Of a DNA stretch of 60,263 nt, positions 1 through 9,843 are shown in pieces. The notes beneath the pieces were generated by a model. It had not been told where the DNA came from, did not search any database, and worked only from the letters and a program-made list of their open reading frames with translations. Each line of letters starts with the position of its first letter. Within the stretch, counting starts at the first letter, position 1. A program made the translations under genes and the position numbers. The DNA comes from Candidatus Binataceae bacterium. Lineage in GTDB: Bacteria > Desulfobacterota > Binatia > Binatales > Binataceae. The stretch lies in NCBI GenBank assembly GCA_036495625.1, contig DASXMQ010000185.1:1-60263 (forward strand), in the 5' to 3' direction.

Positions 1-1217
1 GCGGCGCGATCGCAAATCTCCGCCACGAGATCGTCCGTCATCACCGTCGAGAGCGCGATAAGTCCGCGCGGCGCGAAGAACAGTCCCCGGTTCAGCGCGG
101 CCAGATGAAAATTCTCCATCATTCGCGCCGCCCGAGCGTGCACTAAGCCCGCCCCCTCGTCTTCGAAGGCGGCGTTCATCAGCGAGCCCGAGCGGCGGAC
201 GCCGAAGGGGAGACCCACCGCCTTCGCGGCGCGTTCCAACGCCGCCTGAATCCCGCCGGCCATCCGATCCATTGCGGCGATCCGCTCGGCGCTGAGCTCG
301 CGCAGCGAAACCACGCCGGCGGCGCAGGTCAGCGGGTTGCCGTTGAAGGTGCCCGAATGATGCATCGTCTCGGGCGCGGCGGGATCGAAATGCGCCATCA
401 GATCGGCGCGCCCGCCGAGCGCGCCCACCGGCAGGCCGCCGCCGATTATCTTGCCCATCATGGTGAGGTCGGGCGCGACTCCCGCCGCCGCCTGCGCGCC
501 GCCCACTCCGAGCCGCAGCGTTATCACTTCGTCGGCGACGAACAGTGCGCCTGCGCGCGCGGCGGCGCCGGCCACGCGGGGTAGAAAGTCGGGCGGCGGC
601 GCGATGATTCCGCTCGAACCAAGTACCGGCTCGAGGAAGACCGCCGCGATGTCGCCGCCGTGCCGCGCGAGAATCGTCTCGAACGAGGCGGCGTCGCCGT
701 ATTCGGCGAGCGCCGTGCGCCCACCCTCGCCGGCCCATTCGGAGGAGAGGTCGTCGTACGATCCGTGATAGCCCTGGCGCGCCATAAGCAGCCGCGAGCG
801 GCCGGTCACGTGGCGGGCAAGCTGCGCGGCGAGCATCCCGGCCTCGCTGCCCGAATTGCAAAATCGAACCCGCTCGACCGAAGCGACGCGCTCGCAGATG
901 AGCTCTGCGAGTTCGACCTGTGCCGTATTGCGCGCCGGCCAGGCCGTGCCGTTCGCGCTTGCCCGCGCGATCGCCTCGACGACCGGCGGATAGGCGTTGC
1001 CGTGAACGAGGCTCGTATAGTTGCCGAGCAGATCGATGTAGCGGTTGCCGTCAACGTCCCACAGAAACGGCCCCGCCCCGCGCGCGATCGCCAGCGGGTA
1101 CGGACGATGGAAGGTTACGCTGCGCGTGTCCCCGCCGGGCATCACGCGCGCCGCGCGTTCTCCGAGAGCAGGCGAGCCGGGTGTCCGCGTACGATAGAGC
1201 TGTTCGATCGAGTTCAT
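1..1217 (-). CDS. Class-III PLP aminotransferase, glutamate-1-semialdehyde 2,1-aminomutase-like (C-terminus cut by window edge)
   Basis: Minus frame is open from position 1 to ATG 1217 (GGGAGG 8 nt upstream). Hand translation: MNSIEQLYRTRTPGSPALGERAARVMPGGDTRS..FLWDVDGNRYIDLLGNYTSLVHGNAYPPVVEAI..RFCNSGSEA..FVADEVITLRLGVGGAQ..MGKIIGGGLPVGALGG..HSGTFNGNP. Absent from the ORF track because its stop lies outside the window. Confidence 0.75.
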   Translation of the reverse strand, partial: MNSIEQLYRTRTPGSPALGERAARVMPGGDTRSVTFHRPYPLAIARGAGPFLWDVDGNRYIDLLGNYTSLVHGNAYPPVVEAIARASANGTAWPARNTAQVELAELICERVASVERVRFCNSGSEAGMLAAQLARHVTGRSRLLMARQGYHGSYDDLSSEWAGEGGRTALAEYGDAASFETILARHGGDIAAVFLEPVLGSSGIIAPPPDFLPRVAGAAARAGALFVADEVITLRLGVGGAQAAAGVAPDLTMMGKIIGGGLPVGALGGRADLMAHFDPAAPETMHHSGTFNGNPLTCAAGVVSLRELSAERIAAMDRMAGGIQAALERAAKAVGLPFGVRRSGSLMNAAFEDEGAGLVHARAARMMENFHLAALNRGLFFAPRGLIALSTVMTDDLVAEICDRA

Positions 1218-1301
1218 GCCGAGACCTCCCGTAGCGAAGTCGCGCCCGTATCGAAGTCGATCATCCGGCAGCGCGGGTTTCGGCGGCGGCCCGGCCGGAC
1301 G

Positions 1302-2243
1302 CTAAGCCGCCTCGACCGGGTTTTCCAGCGCACCCAGGCCCTCGACCTCGACCCGCACGCGGTCGCCCGGCTTCATGAACACCGGCGGCTTGCGCGTGTA
1401 GCCGACCCCGGCCGGCGTACCGGTCGAGATCACGTCGCCCGGCTCGAGGGTGAAGACCTGCGAGAGGTACGAGACGACATGCTCGGTCTTGAAAATCAGG
1501 TTGCGCGTGTTCGAGTGCTGCATGCGCTGGCCGTTTAAGTAGAGCGAGATCTCTAGGTTGTGCGGATCGGAAATCTCGTCGCGCGTCACCAGGTACGGCC
1601 CCATCGGCGCGAAAGTGTCGAAGGTCTTGCCGATCATCCACTGCCCGGTCTTCATCTGGTAATCGCGGCAGCTCACGTCGTTCATGATCGTGTAGCCGGC
1701 CACGTACTCCATCGCGCGCGCGGGCGGAATATCGCGGCCGGCGCGCCCGATAATGAAGGCGAACTCGCCCTCGTAGTCGATCATCGAGGAGACTTTGGGA
1801 ATCCTGACCGCGTCGCCCGGCCCGATCACGCAGTTGGCGTACTTGGAGAAGAAGGTCGGAACATCGGGAATCTTGAAGCCGGCCTCTTCGGCGTGGTCGC
1901 GGTAATTGAGTCCCACCAGGATGAGCTTGGTCGGGCGCGGCACCGGCGCGCGCAACCGGACCGACTCGGCGCGGCGGGCAAGCCCGCGCTCGCGCGCGTC
2001 GTCGGCGCCAAGCCGCGCGACCAGCGCGAGCGCCTCCCGGGTGGCGTTCATCGCGCGCTCGCCGGCCTCGAGGAAGGCGACCATCTCGGGCGGCACGGCC
2101 TCGCGGGCAAGCTCGCCCGCGCGGCGCTCGCCGCGCTCCTCCATCAACGCGCGACAGGCCGCGTTGAGGTCAATTACGAAACCTTCGGCGACGGCGCCGA
2201 GGCGATGGAGTCGGGGCTCGTCCTCGAATGTGACCAGGCGCAT
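1302..2243 (-). CDS. Fumarylacetoacetate hydrolase (FAH) family protein
   Basis: ORF 1302..2360 trimmed to ATG 2243 (MRLVTFEDE, GGGAGAA SD). Motifs GLNYRDHAEE, DYEGEFAFIIGR, PGDVISTGTPAGVG. Confidence 0.85.
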   Translation of the reverse strand: MRLVTFEDEPRLHRLGAVAEGFVIDLNAACRALMEERGERRAGELAREAVPPEMVAFLEAGERAMNATREALALVARLGADDARERGLARRAESVRLRAPVPRPTKLILVGLNYRDHAEEAGFKIPDVPTFFSKYANCVIGPGDAVRIPKVSSMIDYEGEFAFIIGRAGRDIPPARAMEYVAGYTIMNDVSCRDYQMKTGQWMIGKTFDTFAPMGPYLVTRDEISDPHNLEISLYLNGQRMQHSNTRNLIFKTEHVVSYLSQVFTLEPGDVISTGTPAGVGYTRKPPVFMKPGDRVRVEVEGLGALENPVEAA

Positions 2244-2398
2244 CGATAGTGAGTTCTCCCTCGCAGAATAGCCGCGCTGCGAGCGCGTTTCGTGACGGCA
2301 GTATAGTGCAAACGGCAGCGTGGACCCCAAACGGACGGAGGCCATGGTCGTAGCTTGCATTTATTAGCGCCAGGATAAACCCTTGACGAAACCAGGCG

Positions 2399-2774
2399 AT
2401 GCGCAGAATTGGTGCAAAAAAACTCGTCATGGGAATAACGGCCGCGGCGGTCGCGATCGCGGCCGCGATGCCGGTCCTGCACTCCCGCTGCACCGAACTT
2501 CGCGGCGCGGAGATTTTGGCGGTCTCGATGGCGCGGCTGGCGGATGGCGAGGCGCATCTCTTCTGCTATCGCGACCAGGCCGGATCAGCGGCTGGGCTTT
2601 CTCCTCACGCAGGGCGATGACGGCAAGGTCCGCGCGGTCTTCGACGCCTGCCGCCAGTGCTATAAGTTCCGCCAGGGCTACCAAGTCTCGCACGGAATGC
2701 TGATTCGCCGGCTCTGCTCGCCAACACTCCGCCGGCGCATTGAGAGTATCTTGCCGGGCGCGCCATTGGCTTGA
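2399..2774 (+). pseudogene. Possible frameshifted Cys-rich DUF2318/COG4393-like protein (signal/TM N-terminus plus FDACxxC..GY core)
   Basis: Frame A (2399..2620) ends ..LADGEAHLFCYRDQAG. The +1 frame (2544..2774) continues QRLGFLLTQGDDGKVRAVFDACRQCYKFRQGYQVSHGMLI. The junction lies near 2575-2590. A third ORF (2771..2959) is back in frame A. The family assignment is from memory of the motif. Confidence 0.3.
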
Positions 2775-2955
2775 ACTCGTATAGCGTGCGCATGAGGCGC
2801 AGCGCTTGCCCTGACTGCAGATTCTCCGCCGGCGACAAGCTAATCGCGCCAAGCTTTCGCGCCCGCCCTCCTACCGGCGCAAACGGCTGGGCCGTGCTCG
2901 CTTCGGTCTCGCGTACACTGTATCAGTCAGACACTATCGGTGTACCGAATATGGA

Positions 2956-4365
2956 GTGAGCATGCCGGGTGCTTATCTATATGCGCTGGCCGCGCAAGCT
3001 TCGAGCCTGTACTTCTCGCATGGCCCGTGCCTGCCGTGCAGCGGATCGCTGTCCTGGCCGGACGCGGCCGGTGCGATATCGGCGCTTGCCGCGGCAACCG
3101 GTCTGGTCGTGCTGATGCCGTTGATGCCAAGAGCGTTTGCGTCTGCGATCGGCAGGAGACTCGCAGATAGGAACCGCGAGCTCGAACCGGAGGTCGCCGA
3201 GCGCAAGCGGGCCGAGATCATTTTCCGAGGCTTATTGGAATCGGCGCCGGACGCGATGGTGATCGTGGATGCGAAAGGAAACATCGCGTTGGTGAACGAA
3301 CAGACCGAGAGACTGTTCGGCTATCAGCGCGAGGAAATGGTCGGTAAGCCGATGGAGTTGCTGATGCCGGAGCGCTTTCGCGGACGCCACGTAAGCGAGC
3401 GCATGAACTACGTCAAGGAGCCCCGGGCGCGGGCGATGGGCAGCGGGCTCGAGCTGTTCGGCCGGCGCAAGGACGGCAGCGAATTTCCGGTCGAAATCAG
3501 CCTGTGTCCGCTGCGCACCGATGAAGGGATGCTGATCTCGAGCGCCATCCGCGACACTTCGGATCGCAAGCGCGTACAGATCGAACTGGCGCGGGCGCGC
3601 GACGAGGCCCTGGAGGGGTCGAGGCTCAAGTCGGTCTTCGTGGCCAACATGTCGCACGAATTGCGCACTCCGCTTAACGGCATTATCGGTTTCAGCCAGT
3701 TGCTATACGCCGGACACATTGCGCCGGGCTCGGCCGAATACAAACAGAGCCTTGGCGATATCCTCTCCAGCGCGCGCCACCTGCTAAGCGTCATCAACAA
3801 CGTGCTCGACCTCGCCAAGGTCGAATCGGGCAAGATGGAATTCGTGCCCGAGCCGATCGATCCTGCGCTGGTGGTCGAAGAAGTACGCAGCGTGCTCCGC
3901 GGCGTGGCCGCGCAAAAGAACATCCGGGTCGACGCGGAAGTCGCGCTGGATATCGGCGATGTCGTTCTCGATTCAGGAAAGCTGCGGCAGGTCCTGTACA
4001 ACTATCTTTCGAATGCGATCAAGTTCAGCGGCGATGGCGCGCACGTCGCGATCCGGATGCGCCCCGAGGGCGAGGCGTGGCTGCGCCTCGAGGTCGAGGA
4101 CAGTGGCGAAGGTATCCGCGCCGAAGATTTGCCGAGGCTATTCACCGAGTTCCATCAACTCGATTCCTCCTCCAGCAAACGGCATCAGGGCACCGGCCTC
4201 GGCCTCGCGCTGACGCGGCAGATCGTCGAGGCGCAGGGCGGCACGGTCGGGGTGTCGAGCGAGCACAGGAAGGGCAGTATCTTCTGGGCGGTGCTACCGC
4301 GCCGCTACCCGGCGCGCGACGGTAACGGGCCGCAGAGGGTCCCAAACGCAAGCCTTCGTCATTGA
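2956..4365 (+). CDS. PAS-domain sensor histidine kinase (orphan)
   Basis: PAS segment ESAPDAMVIVDAKGNIALVNEQTERLFGY..GRRKDGSEFPVEISL. H-box FVANMSHELRTPLNGIIG. ATPase boxes NYLSNAIKF, EDSGEGI, GTGLGLAL. Hydrophobic N-terminus. Start is GTG 2956 or ATG 2962. No adjacent response regulator. Confidence 0.85.
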   Translation: MSMPGAYLYALAAQASSLYFSHGPCLPCSGSLSWPDAAGAISALAAATGLVVLMPLMPRAFASAIGRRLADRNRELEPEVAERKRAEIIFRGLLESAPDAMVIVDAKGNIALVNEQTERLFGYQREEMVGKPMELLMPERFRGRHVSERMNYVKEPRARAMGSGLELFGRRKDGSEFPVEISLCPLRTDEGMLISSAIRDTSDRKRVQIELARARDEALEGSRLKSVFVANMSHELRTPLNGIIGFSQLLYAGHIAPGSAEYKQSLGDILSSARHLLSVINNVLDLAKVESGKMEFVPEPIDPALVVEEVRSVLRGVAAQKNIRVDAEVALDIGDVVLDSGKLRQVLYNYLSNAIKFSGDGAHVAIRMRPEGEAWLRLEVEDSGEGIRAEDLPRLFTEFHQLDSSSSKRHQGTGLGLALTRQIVEAQGGTVGVSSEHRKGSIFWAVLPRRYPARDGNGPQRVPNASLRH

Positions 4366-4448
4366 ATTTGTTGATCGAACCTTACTGATTGAAGGTTGTC
4401 GCTCTCCCTAGTTTACTGGTGCCGAGGCCTCGGCCGGGAGAAGCGCGG

Positions 4449-5102
4449 ATGTACATACCGAAGACGTTCGAGGTTACTGACGCCTCGACGCTCCATGAGT
4501 TCATCGATACTTACAGCTTTGGGACGCTGGTGACGATCGCCGGCGAGGAGCCAGCCGCAACGCGGCTGCCGATGATCCTCGACCGTGCAACCGGCAGCAA
4601 GGGCGTCCTGCTTGGCCACGTCGCGCGCGCCAATCCGCAATGGCGCTCGTTCGACGGCCGTCGGCGCTGTCTCGCGATGTTCGACGGGCCGCATGCCTAC
4701 GTTTCGCCGAGCTGGTATGCGACGTCGCCCGCGGTTCCGACTTGGAACTATGCGACGGTGCACGTTTACGGTATCGCCCGCGCGATCCATGACACGGAGC
4801 GGCTCTCCGCGCTGGTGGACAGGCTGGTCGGCATTTACGAAGCCGGGATGCCCGAGCCGTGGCCCGGCACGATGCCCGCGGATTTCAGGGCGTCGATGCT
4901 CAAGGCCATCGTTGGATTCGAAGTCGAGATCGAGCGAATCGAAGGCAAGTTCAAAATGGGGCAGAACCGGCCGCTCGAAGATCGAATCGGCACGGTAGAA
5001 CATCTCGAAAGGAGCGCCGGTCCCGCTGCGCACGCGCTCGCTCGCCTCACGCGCAAACACCTCGGGATCGAACCGGCCGGCGCGATGGAAAGGCTAAAGT
5101 AA
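4449..5102 (+). CDS. FMN-binding negative transcriptional regulator, PaiB family
   Basis: ORF 4389..5102 trimmed to ATG 4449 (MYIPKTFEV..). HVARANPQW and GKFKMGQNRPLEDR are typical of PaiB. Confidence 0.8.
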   Translation: MYIPKTFEVTDASTLHEFIDTYSFGTLVTIAGEEPAATRLPMILDRATGSKGVLLGHVARANPQWRSFDGRRRCLAMFDGPHAYVSPSWYATSPAVPTWNYATVHVYGIARAIHDTERLSALVDRLVGIYEAGMPEPWPGTMPADFRASMLKAIVGFEVEIERIEGKFKMGQNRPLEDRIGTVEHLERSAGPAAHALARLTRKHLGIEPAGAMERLK

Positions 5103-5152
5103 GCGCTCGCCCGGACCACGCGCTCCGGCCGTGCGCGATCTGGCCGAGCCGA

Positions 5153-6400
5153 TCAGACGACGCCTTCTGCGCGCAAGCGCTCAAGCTCGGCGTCGTCGCA
5201 GCCCATGACCTCGCGCAGGATGCTCGCGGTGTGCTCGCCCAAAAGTGGCGACGAGGCAATGGCAACCGGGCTTTCGGATAGCACCAGCGGACAACCGACG
5301 GTCTTGAACGTGCCGCGCGCCGGGTGTTCGACGTCGGCGACCATCCCGCGCCGGGCGAGCGCAGGATCCTCGATCAGATCCTTCATCGACAGAATCGGCC
5401 CGCACGGAACGTCAGCCTCCATCAGCGTCCGCATCACTTCGTGCTTGGTGTTGCGCATCGTCCATTGCTCGATCACGCCGAACACCTCCTCGAGATGCTT
5501 GATCCGCGCCTCGGGCGTCGCATACGCGGGATCGTCCGCGAGTTCGGGACGGCCGGCGATACGCGCGAGCTCCGGCCACACCTGGGGCTGGATAATCACG
5601 TAGCAATAGTCATTCGCACCGCACGGCGCGCAGCGCAGCGCGGCGCCGGGCTGGCCGCCGCCCGACGCGTTGCCGGACCGCGGCACCTCATCGCCGAAAC
5701 TGCGGTTGGGGTACTCGGTCAGCGGTCCGCGCCTGATCCGCTGCTGGTCGCGCAGCTTCACGCGGCACAGATTGAGCACGGTGTCCTGCATCGCGACTTC
5801 GACCCGCTGCCCGCGCCCGCTCCGCGTACGCTGGTAGAGCGCGGCCACGATCGCGGCCACCATGTGGATTCCGGTGCCGGAATCGCCGATTTGCGCGCCG
5901 GTGCTGGTCGGCGGTCCGTCCTCGAAGCCGGTGGTGCTCATCGCGCCACCCATCGCCTGCGCGATCGTCTCATAGGCCTTGCAGTCCTCGAACGGGCCGG
6001 GGCCAAAACCCTTTATCGAAGCGAAGATGAGACGCGGGTTGAGCCTTTGGAGGCGCTCCCAGGTGAAGCCTTCGCGGTCGAGCGCGCCGGGGCCGAAATT
6101 TTCAACCATCACGTCCGCGCGCTTAATCAGTTCGTCCAGGATGTGCTTGCCCTTCGCCGACTTGATATTCAGCGTGATACTACGTTTGTTGCAGTTGAGC
6201 ATCGTGAAATAGAGACTGTCGACGCCGGGAACATCGCGCAGTTGTCCGCGCGTAATATCGCCGCGGCCCGGCATTTCGACCTTGATCACGTCGGCGCCGA
6301 GCCACGCCAGGATCTGCGTGCAGCTCGGGCCCGACTGCACATGCGTCATGTCCAAAACCCGCACATCCGAAAGCGCCTTGTCCATCTGCTTCCTCATCAC
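5153..6400 (-). CDS. frc: Formyl-CoA transferase (CoA-transferase family III)
   Basis: Near-colinear match to recalled Oxalobacter Frc: [99 protein letters not shown] 6400 / ATG 6397 overlap the oxc stop. Confidence 0.9.
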   Translation of the reverse strand: MMRKQMDKALSDVRVLDMTHVQSGPSCTQILAWLGADVIKVEMPGRGDITRGQLRDVPGVDSLYFTMLNCNKRSITLNIKSAKGKHILDELIKRADVMVENFGPGALDREGFTWERLQRLNPRLIFASIKGFGPGPFEDCKAYETIAQAMGGAMSTTGFEDGPPTSTGAQIGDSGTGIHMVAAIVAALYQRTRSGRGQRVEVAMQDTVLNLCRVKLRDQQRIRRGPLTEYPNRSFGDEVPRSGNASGGGQPGAALRCAPCGANDYCYVIIQPQVWPELARIAGRPELADDPAYATPEARIKHLEEVFGVIEQWTMRNTKHEVMRTLMEADVPCGPILSMKDLIEDPALARRGMVADVEHPARGTFKTVGCPLVLSESPVAIASSPLLGEHTASILREVMGCDDAELERLRAEGVV

Positions 6401-8118
6401 TTGTACATCGTCTGGTTCATCGTTCCTGGCGCGTAAACCTCAGGATCGATCCACACATTGATAAGCGCGCATTTGCCGGATTCGCGCGCGCGTCTGAGCG
6501 CCGGCCCGATATCCTTCGCTTCGCGAACCTCTTCGCCGTAGCCGCCGAGCATCGCGGCGAACCGTTCGAAATGCACATCGCCGAGGTAGTTGGCGACCTC
6601 GCCGCGCGCCTTGCCGTACTTCGCCGTTTGCCCGTAGCGAATCTGGTTCATGTGCGAGTTGTTGCCGACCACGCCGACGAACGGCAGACCGTAACGCACG
6701 CAGGTCTCGAAGTCCCAGCCCGTGAGCCCGAACGCGCCGTCGCCGAAGAGGCACACGACTTCCTTTTCGGGCCGCGCGAGCTTCGCCGCCATCGCGAATG
6801 GCGTGCCCACGCCGAGCGTGCCGAGCGGGCCGGGGTCCATCCAGTGACCCGGCGCCTTGGGCTGAATCACGCCGCCGGAAAAGGTGACGACGTCGCCGCC
6901 GTCGCCGATGAAGATAGTATTCTCGGTCAGGAATTGGTTGATTTCGTGCGCGAGGCGCAACGGATGGATAGGGCTCGCGTCGGAGAGCAGCCGCGGGCGC
7001 ATCGCGTCGGAGATCTTGTCTTCCTGCGCGCGCAATTCGCTTAGCCACGCGTCGCGCCGCCGCGCACCGCTGTCAACGCGGCCGCTCGCGGCCTGGGTGA
7101 CGGCGGCAAGGATCGCGCCGGCGTCGCCGACGAGGCCCAGCGAGACGTCGCGGTTCTTGCCCACGGTGCGGTAGTCGAGATCGATCTGCACCACGGTAGC
7201 CTCCGCGCGGAGCCTCCGCCCGTAGCCCATCCGGAAGTCGAACGGCGTGCCGACAATCATGATGGCGTCGGCCTTCTCGAAGGCGTAGCCGCGGGTCTGA
7301 TGGAAATGATGCGGGTCGCCGGGCGCGAACGTGCCGCGTGCCGCGCCATTCATGTAAGCGGGGACGTTAAGCCGCCGGCAGAACTCGATCGCCGCCGCGC
7401 CCGCCCGGCAGCTCCACACCTGGGTGCCCAGCAGGACGCACGGCCGCTCGGATTTCACCAGGATGTCGGCGAGTCGCTCGACGTCACGCGGATCGCCGGC
7501 GCTTTTGGTGGACGCGCGGTAGCGGCCCGCTGCCGGAATCCGCGCGCGGGCGGCGTCGATGCGCGCGTCCAGCACGTCACGCGGGATTTCCAGGAACGAC
7601 GGTCCCGGCGCGCCGTTGTAGCACTCGCGAAACGCCATGCTCACCATATCGGCGATTCGCTCGGTGGAAGATACCGTCGCCGCGAACTTGGTGATCGGCT
7701 GCATCATGTCCACGTGCGGCAGGTCCTGCAGCGAGCCCATCCGATGCTGCGTGAGCGGACCCTGGCCGCCGATCAGGAGCATCGCGCTCTCCGCGCGAAA
7801 CGCGTTGGCGACGCCGGTCATCGCGTCGGTCGTCCCCGGTCCTGCCGTGACCACCGCGCATCCCGTCTTGCCGGTGACGCGCCAGTAGCCGTCGGCGGCG
7901 TGGGCCGCGACTTGTTCGTGGCGGACGTCGACGATCTTGATGCCCTCGTTCATGCAGCCGTCATAGATGTCGATGATATGGCCGCCGCACAGCGTGAAGA
8001 TGGCTTCGACGCCTTCGTTCTTGAGCGCCTTGGCCACCAGGTTGCCGCCGGAAATTTTCGGACTGGCGTCGGCCGCAGGCGCTGCGTCTTTGGTCAATTT
8101 CTCAACAGCTCCGGCCAT
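6397..8118 (-). CDS. oxc: Thiamine-diphosphate enzyme, probable oxalyl-CoA decarboxylase
   Basis: ORF 6397..8220 trimmed to ATG 8118 ([17 protein letters not shown]). [40 protein letters not shown], and ThDP motif [16 protein letters not shown]. Resembles recalled M. tuberculosis OxcA. Sits directly upstream of, and overlapping, frc. Confidence 0.7.
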   Translation of the reverse strand: MAGAVEKLTKDAAPAADASPKISGGNLVAKALKNEGVEAIFTLCGGHIIDIYDGCMNEGIKIVDVRHEQVAAHAADGYWRVTGKTGCAVVTAGPGTTDAMTGVANAFRAESAMLLIGGQGPLTQHRMGSLQDLPHVDMMQPITKFAATVSSTERIADMVSMAFRECYNGAPGPSFLEIPRDVLDARIDAARARIPAAGRYRASTKSAGDPRDVERLADILVKSERPCVLLGTQVWSCRAGAAAIEFCRRLNVPAYMNGAARGTFAPGDPHHFHQTRGYAFEKADAIMIVGTPFDFRMGYGRRLRAEATVVQIDLDYRTVGKNRDVSLGLVGDAGAILAAVTQAASGRVDSGARRRDAWLSELRAQEDKISDAMRPRLLSDASPIHPLRLAHEINQFLTENTIFIGDGGDVVTFSGGVIQPKAPGHWMDPGPLGTLGVGTPFAMAAKLARPEKEVVCLFGDGAFGLTGWDFETCVRYGLPFVGVVGNNSHMNQIRYGQTAKYGKARGEVANYLGDVHFERFAAMLGGYGEEVREAKDIGPALRRARESGKCALINVWIDPEVYAPGTMNQTMYK

Positions 8119-8332
8119 AGTCACTCTCCTGCGGGCTTTTCGGCATACTTTTCGGTTGCACGATGGAATGGAGCGGGGTATCGGGCGCGCGCGAGGCAAG
8201 TTGCCCTGCGCAAATCGCATCGATTCATATACCGCCTCGCGCCAGGCGCGGCAAACCTAGTAGACCACGCATCGTCCGTGCGCATCCGGATCGCCCGGGC
8301 GTCTGACGGTGATGCGCGGATCGCCGGCGAGG

Positions 8333-9742
8333 TTAGCGGCGGCGAAAATGATCCGCGATCACCCGGGCCACGCAGCAGGTGACCCGCTTGCCCGTGGGGA
8401 TGTGCAGAAACTCGTTGGGGCCGTGCGCGTTCGTATGCGGTCCGAGCACGCCGGTGACCAGGAACTGCGCGTCGGGAAAGCGCTCGCCGAGCATGTTGGT
8501 GAAGGGAATCGTGCCGCCCTCGCCCATGTATGCGGCCGGCTTGCCGAAACAACTCTGCGACGCCTGTTCCAGCGACTGCTCGAGCCACGGCGCCAGCGCC
8601 GGCGCGTTCCATCCGCTCGCCGCCCAGTTGCTCTCGAAGCTCACGCGCGCGCCGTCGGGCGGCTCCTGCTCCATCAGGCTTTGCAGCTTGCGCGTCGCCG
8701 CCGCTCCGTCGCAGGTCGGCGGCAGCCGCAGCGAAAGCTTGAGCGTGGTGGTGGGCCGCATCACGTTGCCCGCCGCGGCCGGAGCCGGCAAACCGTCGGC
8801 GCCGATGATCGACAGCGCGGGCCGCCAGGTGCGGTTCAAAATCAATTCCGGCGGATCCATCGCGAGCGGGCGCGCTCCCGCGATGAACGGGAACCTGGTG
8901 TAGAGGCTCTCGCCGAGCGCGGCGCCGGCGGTGGCGGCCTGTTGCCGGCGCGCCGCGGGGATTTCCACATGGAAATCTGCGGGCAGGATGTTGCCCGTCG
9001 TTTCATCCTCAATCCGGCTGAGCAAGCGGCGCACGATACGGAAGCTGTCAGGGACGACCCCGCCGGCGTCGCCCGAATGAACGCCCTCGCTCAGTACCTC
9101 GACCTTGAGCGTTCCGCCCGCAAGCCCGCGCAGCGACGTGGTGCACCACAACTGTTCGTAGTTGGCGCAGCCCGAGTCGAGCGCGATGACGAGGCTCGGC
9201 TTGCCGATACGGCTGCTCAGATGATCGATGTAAGCTGGCAGGTCGTAGCTGCCGCTTTCCTCGCACGCCTCGATCATGATCGCGCAGCGCGCGTGCGGAA
9301 TCGATTGAGCCGCAAGCGCGCCGATCGCGGCCAGGCACGCGAACATCGAATAGCCGTCATCCGCGGCGCCGCGCCCGTACAGACGGTCGTCCTTCAGCAC
9401 CGGTGTCCACGGCCCCAGGCCCGGATTCCATCCGGTCATCTCCGGCTGCTTGTCCATGTGACCATAGAGCAGCACGCATTCGTCCGAGGCTCCCGGAATA
9501 TCGATGAACAAAAGCGGCGTGCGGCCCTCGAGCCGTATCACTTCCAACGCGAGGCCCTCGATCGGCTGGCGCCGCGCCCATTCGGAGAACCGCGCGACCA
9601 CCTGGTCCATGTGGCCGTGCGCGCGCCATTCCGGATCGAAAGCGGGCGACTTGTTCGGGATACGGACGTATTCGGTCAGCTCGGGCAGGATCGATTCGTC
9701 CCACAGCCCTTCGACGTAGCTCTGGATGGCCGCATTGTCCAT
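8333..9742 (-). CDS. M20 family metallopeptidase (dipeptidase-like)
   Basis: ORF 8333..10168 trimmed to ATG 9742 (MDNAAIQSYVEG). LLYGHMDKQP, DDRLYGRGAADDG, IEACEESGS, GVHSGDAGG. Confidence 0.85.
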   Translation of the reverse strand: MDNAAIQSYVEGLWDESILPELTEYVRIPNKSPAFDPEWRAHGHMDQVVARFSEWARRQPIEGLALEVIRLEGRTPLLFIDIPGASDECVLLYGHMDKQPEMTGWNPGLGPWTPVLKDDRLYGRGAADDGYSMFACLAAIGALAAQSIPHARCAIMIEACEESGSYDLPAYIDHLSSRIGKPSLVIALDSGCANYEQLWCTTSLRGLAGGTLKVEVLSEGVHSGDAGGVVPDSFRIVRRLLSRIEDETTGNILPADFHVEIPAARRQQAATAGAALGESLYTRFPFIAGARPLAMDPPELILNRTWRPALSIIGADGLPAPAAAGNVMRPTTTLKLSLRLPPTCDGAAATRKLQSLMEQEPPDGARVSFESNWAASGWNAPALAPWLEQSLEQASQSCFGKPAAYMGEGGTIPFTNMLGERFPDAQFLVTGVLGPHTNAHGPNEFLHIPTGKRVTCCVARVIADHFRRR

Positions 9743-9843
9743 AGAAGACCAGCCTACCCATCGGGAGTGTCGCGGGCAAAAGCTCTGCGGGCGCGGCGGC
9801 GGACAGGAGGAACTGTTCTGAACGGCGCGAGCGCCGGGGCGCG

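Noticed and set aside
660-1538. 292-aa plus-strand ORF spanning the aminotransferase/FAH junction
   Set aside because: It overlaps two well-supported minus-strand genes and an intergenic gap. The sequence is Arg-rich and domain-less.
2315-2329. Weak sigma-54-like motif TGGGGTCCACGCTGC (minus strand) upstream of the FAH gene
   Set aside because: Only the GG and GC dinucleotides and their spacing match; the rest of both elements deviates. Such matches are expected by chance in GC-rich DNA.
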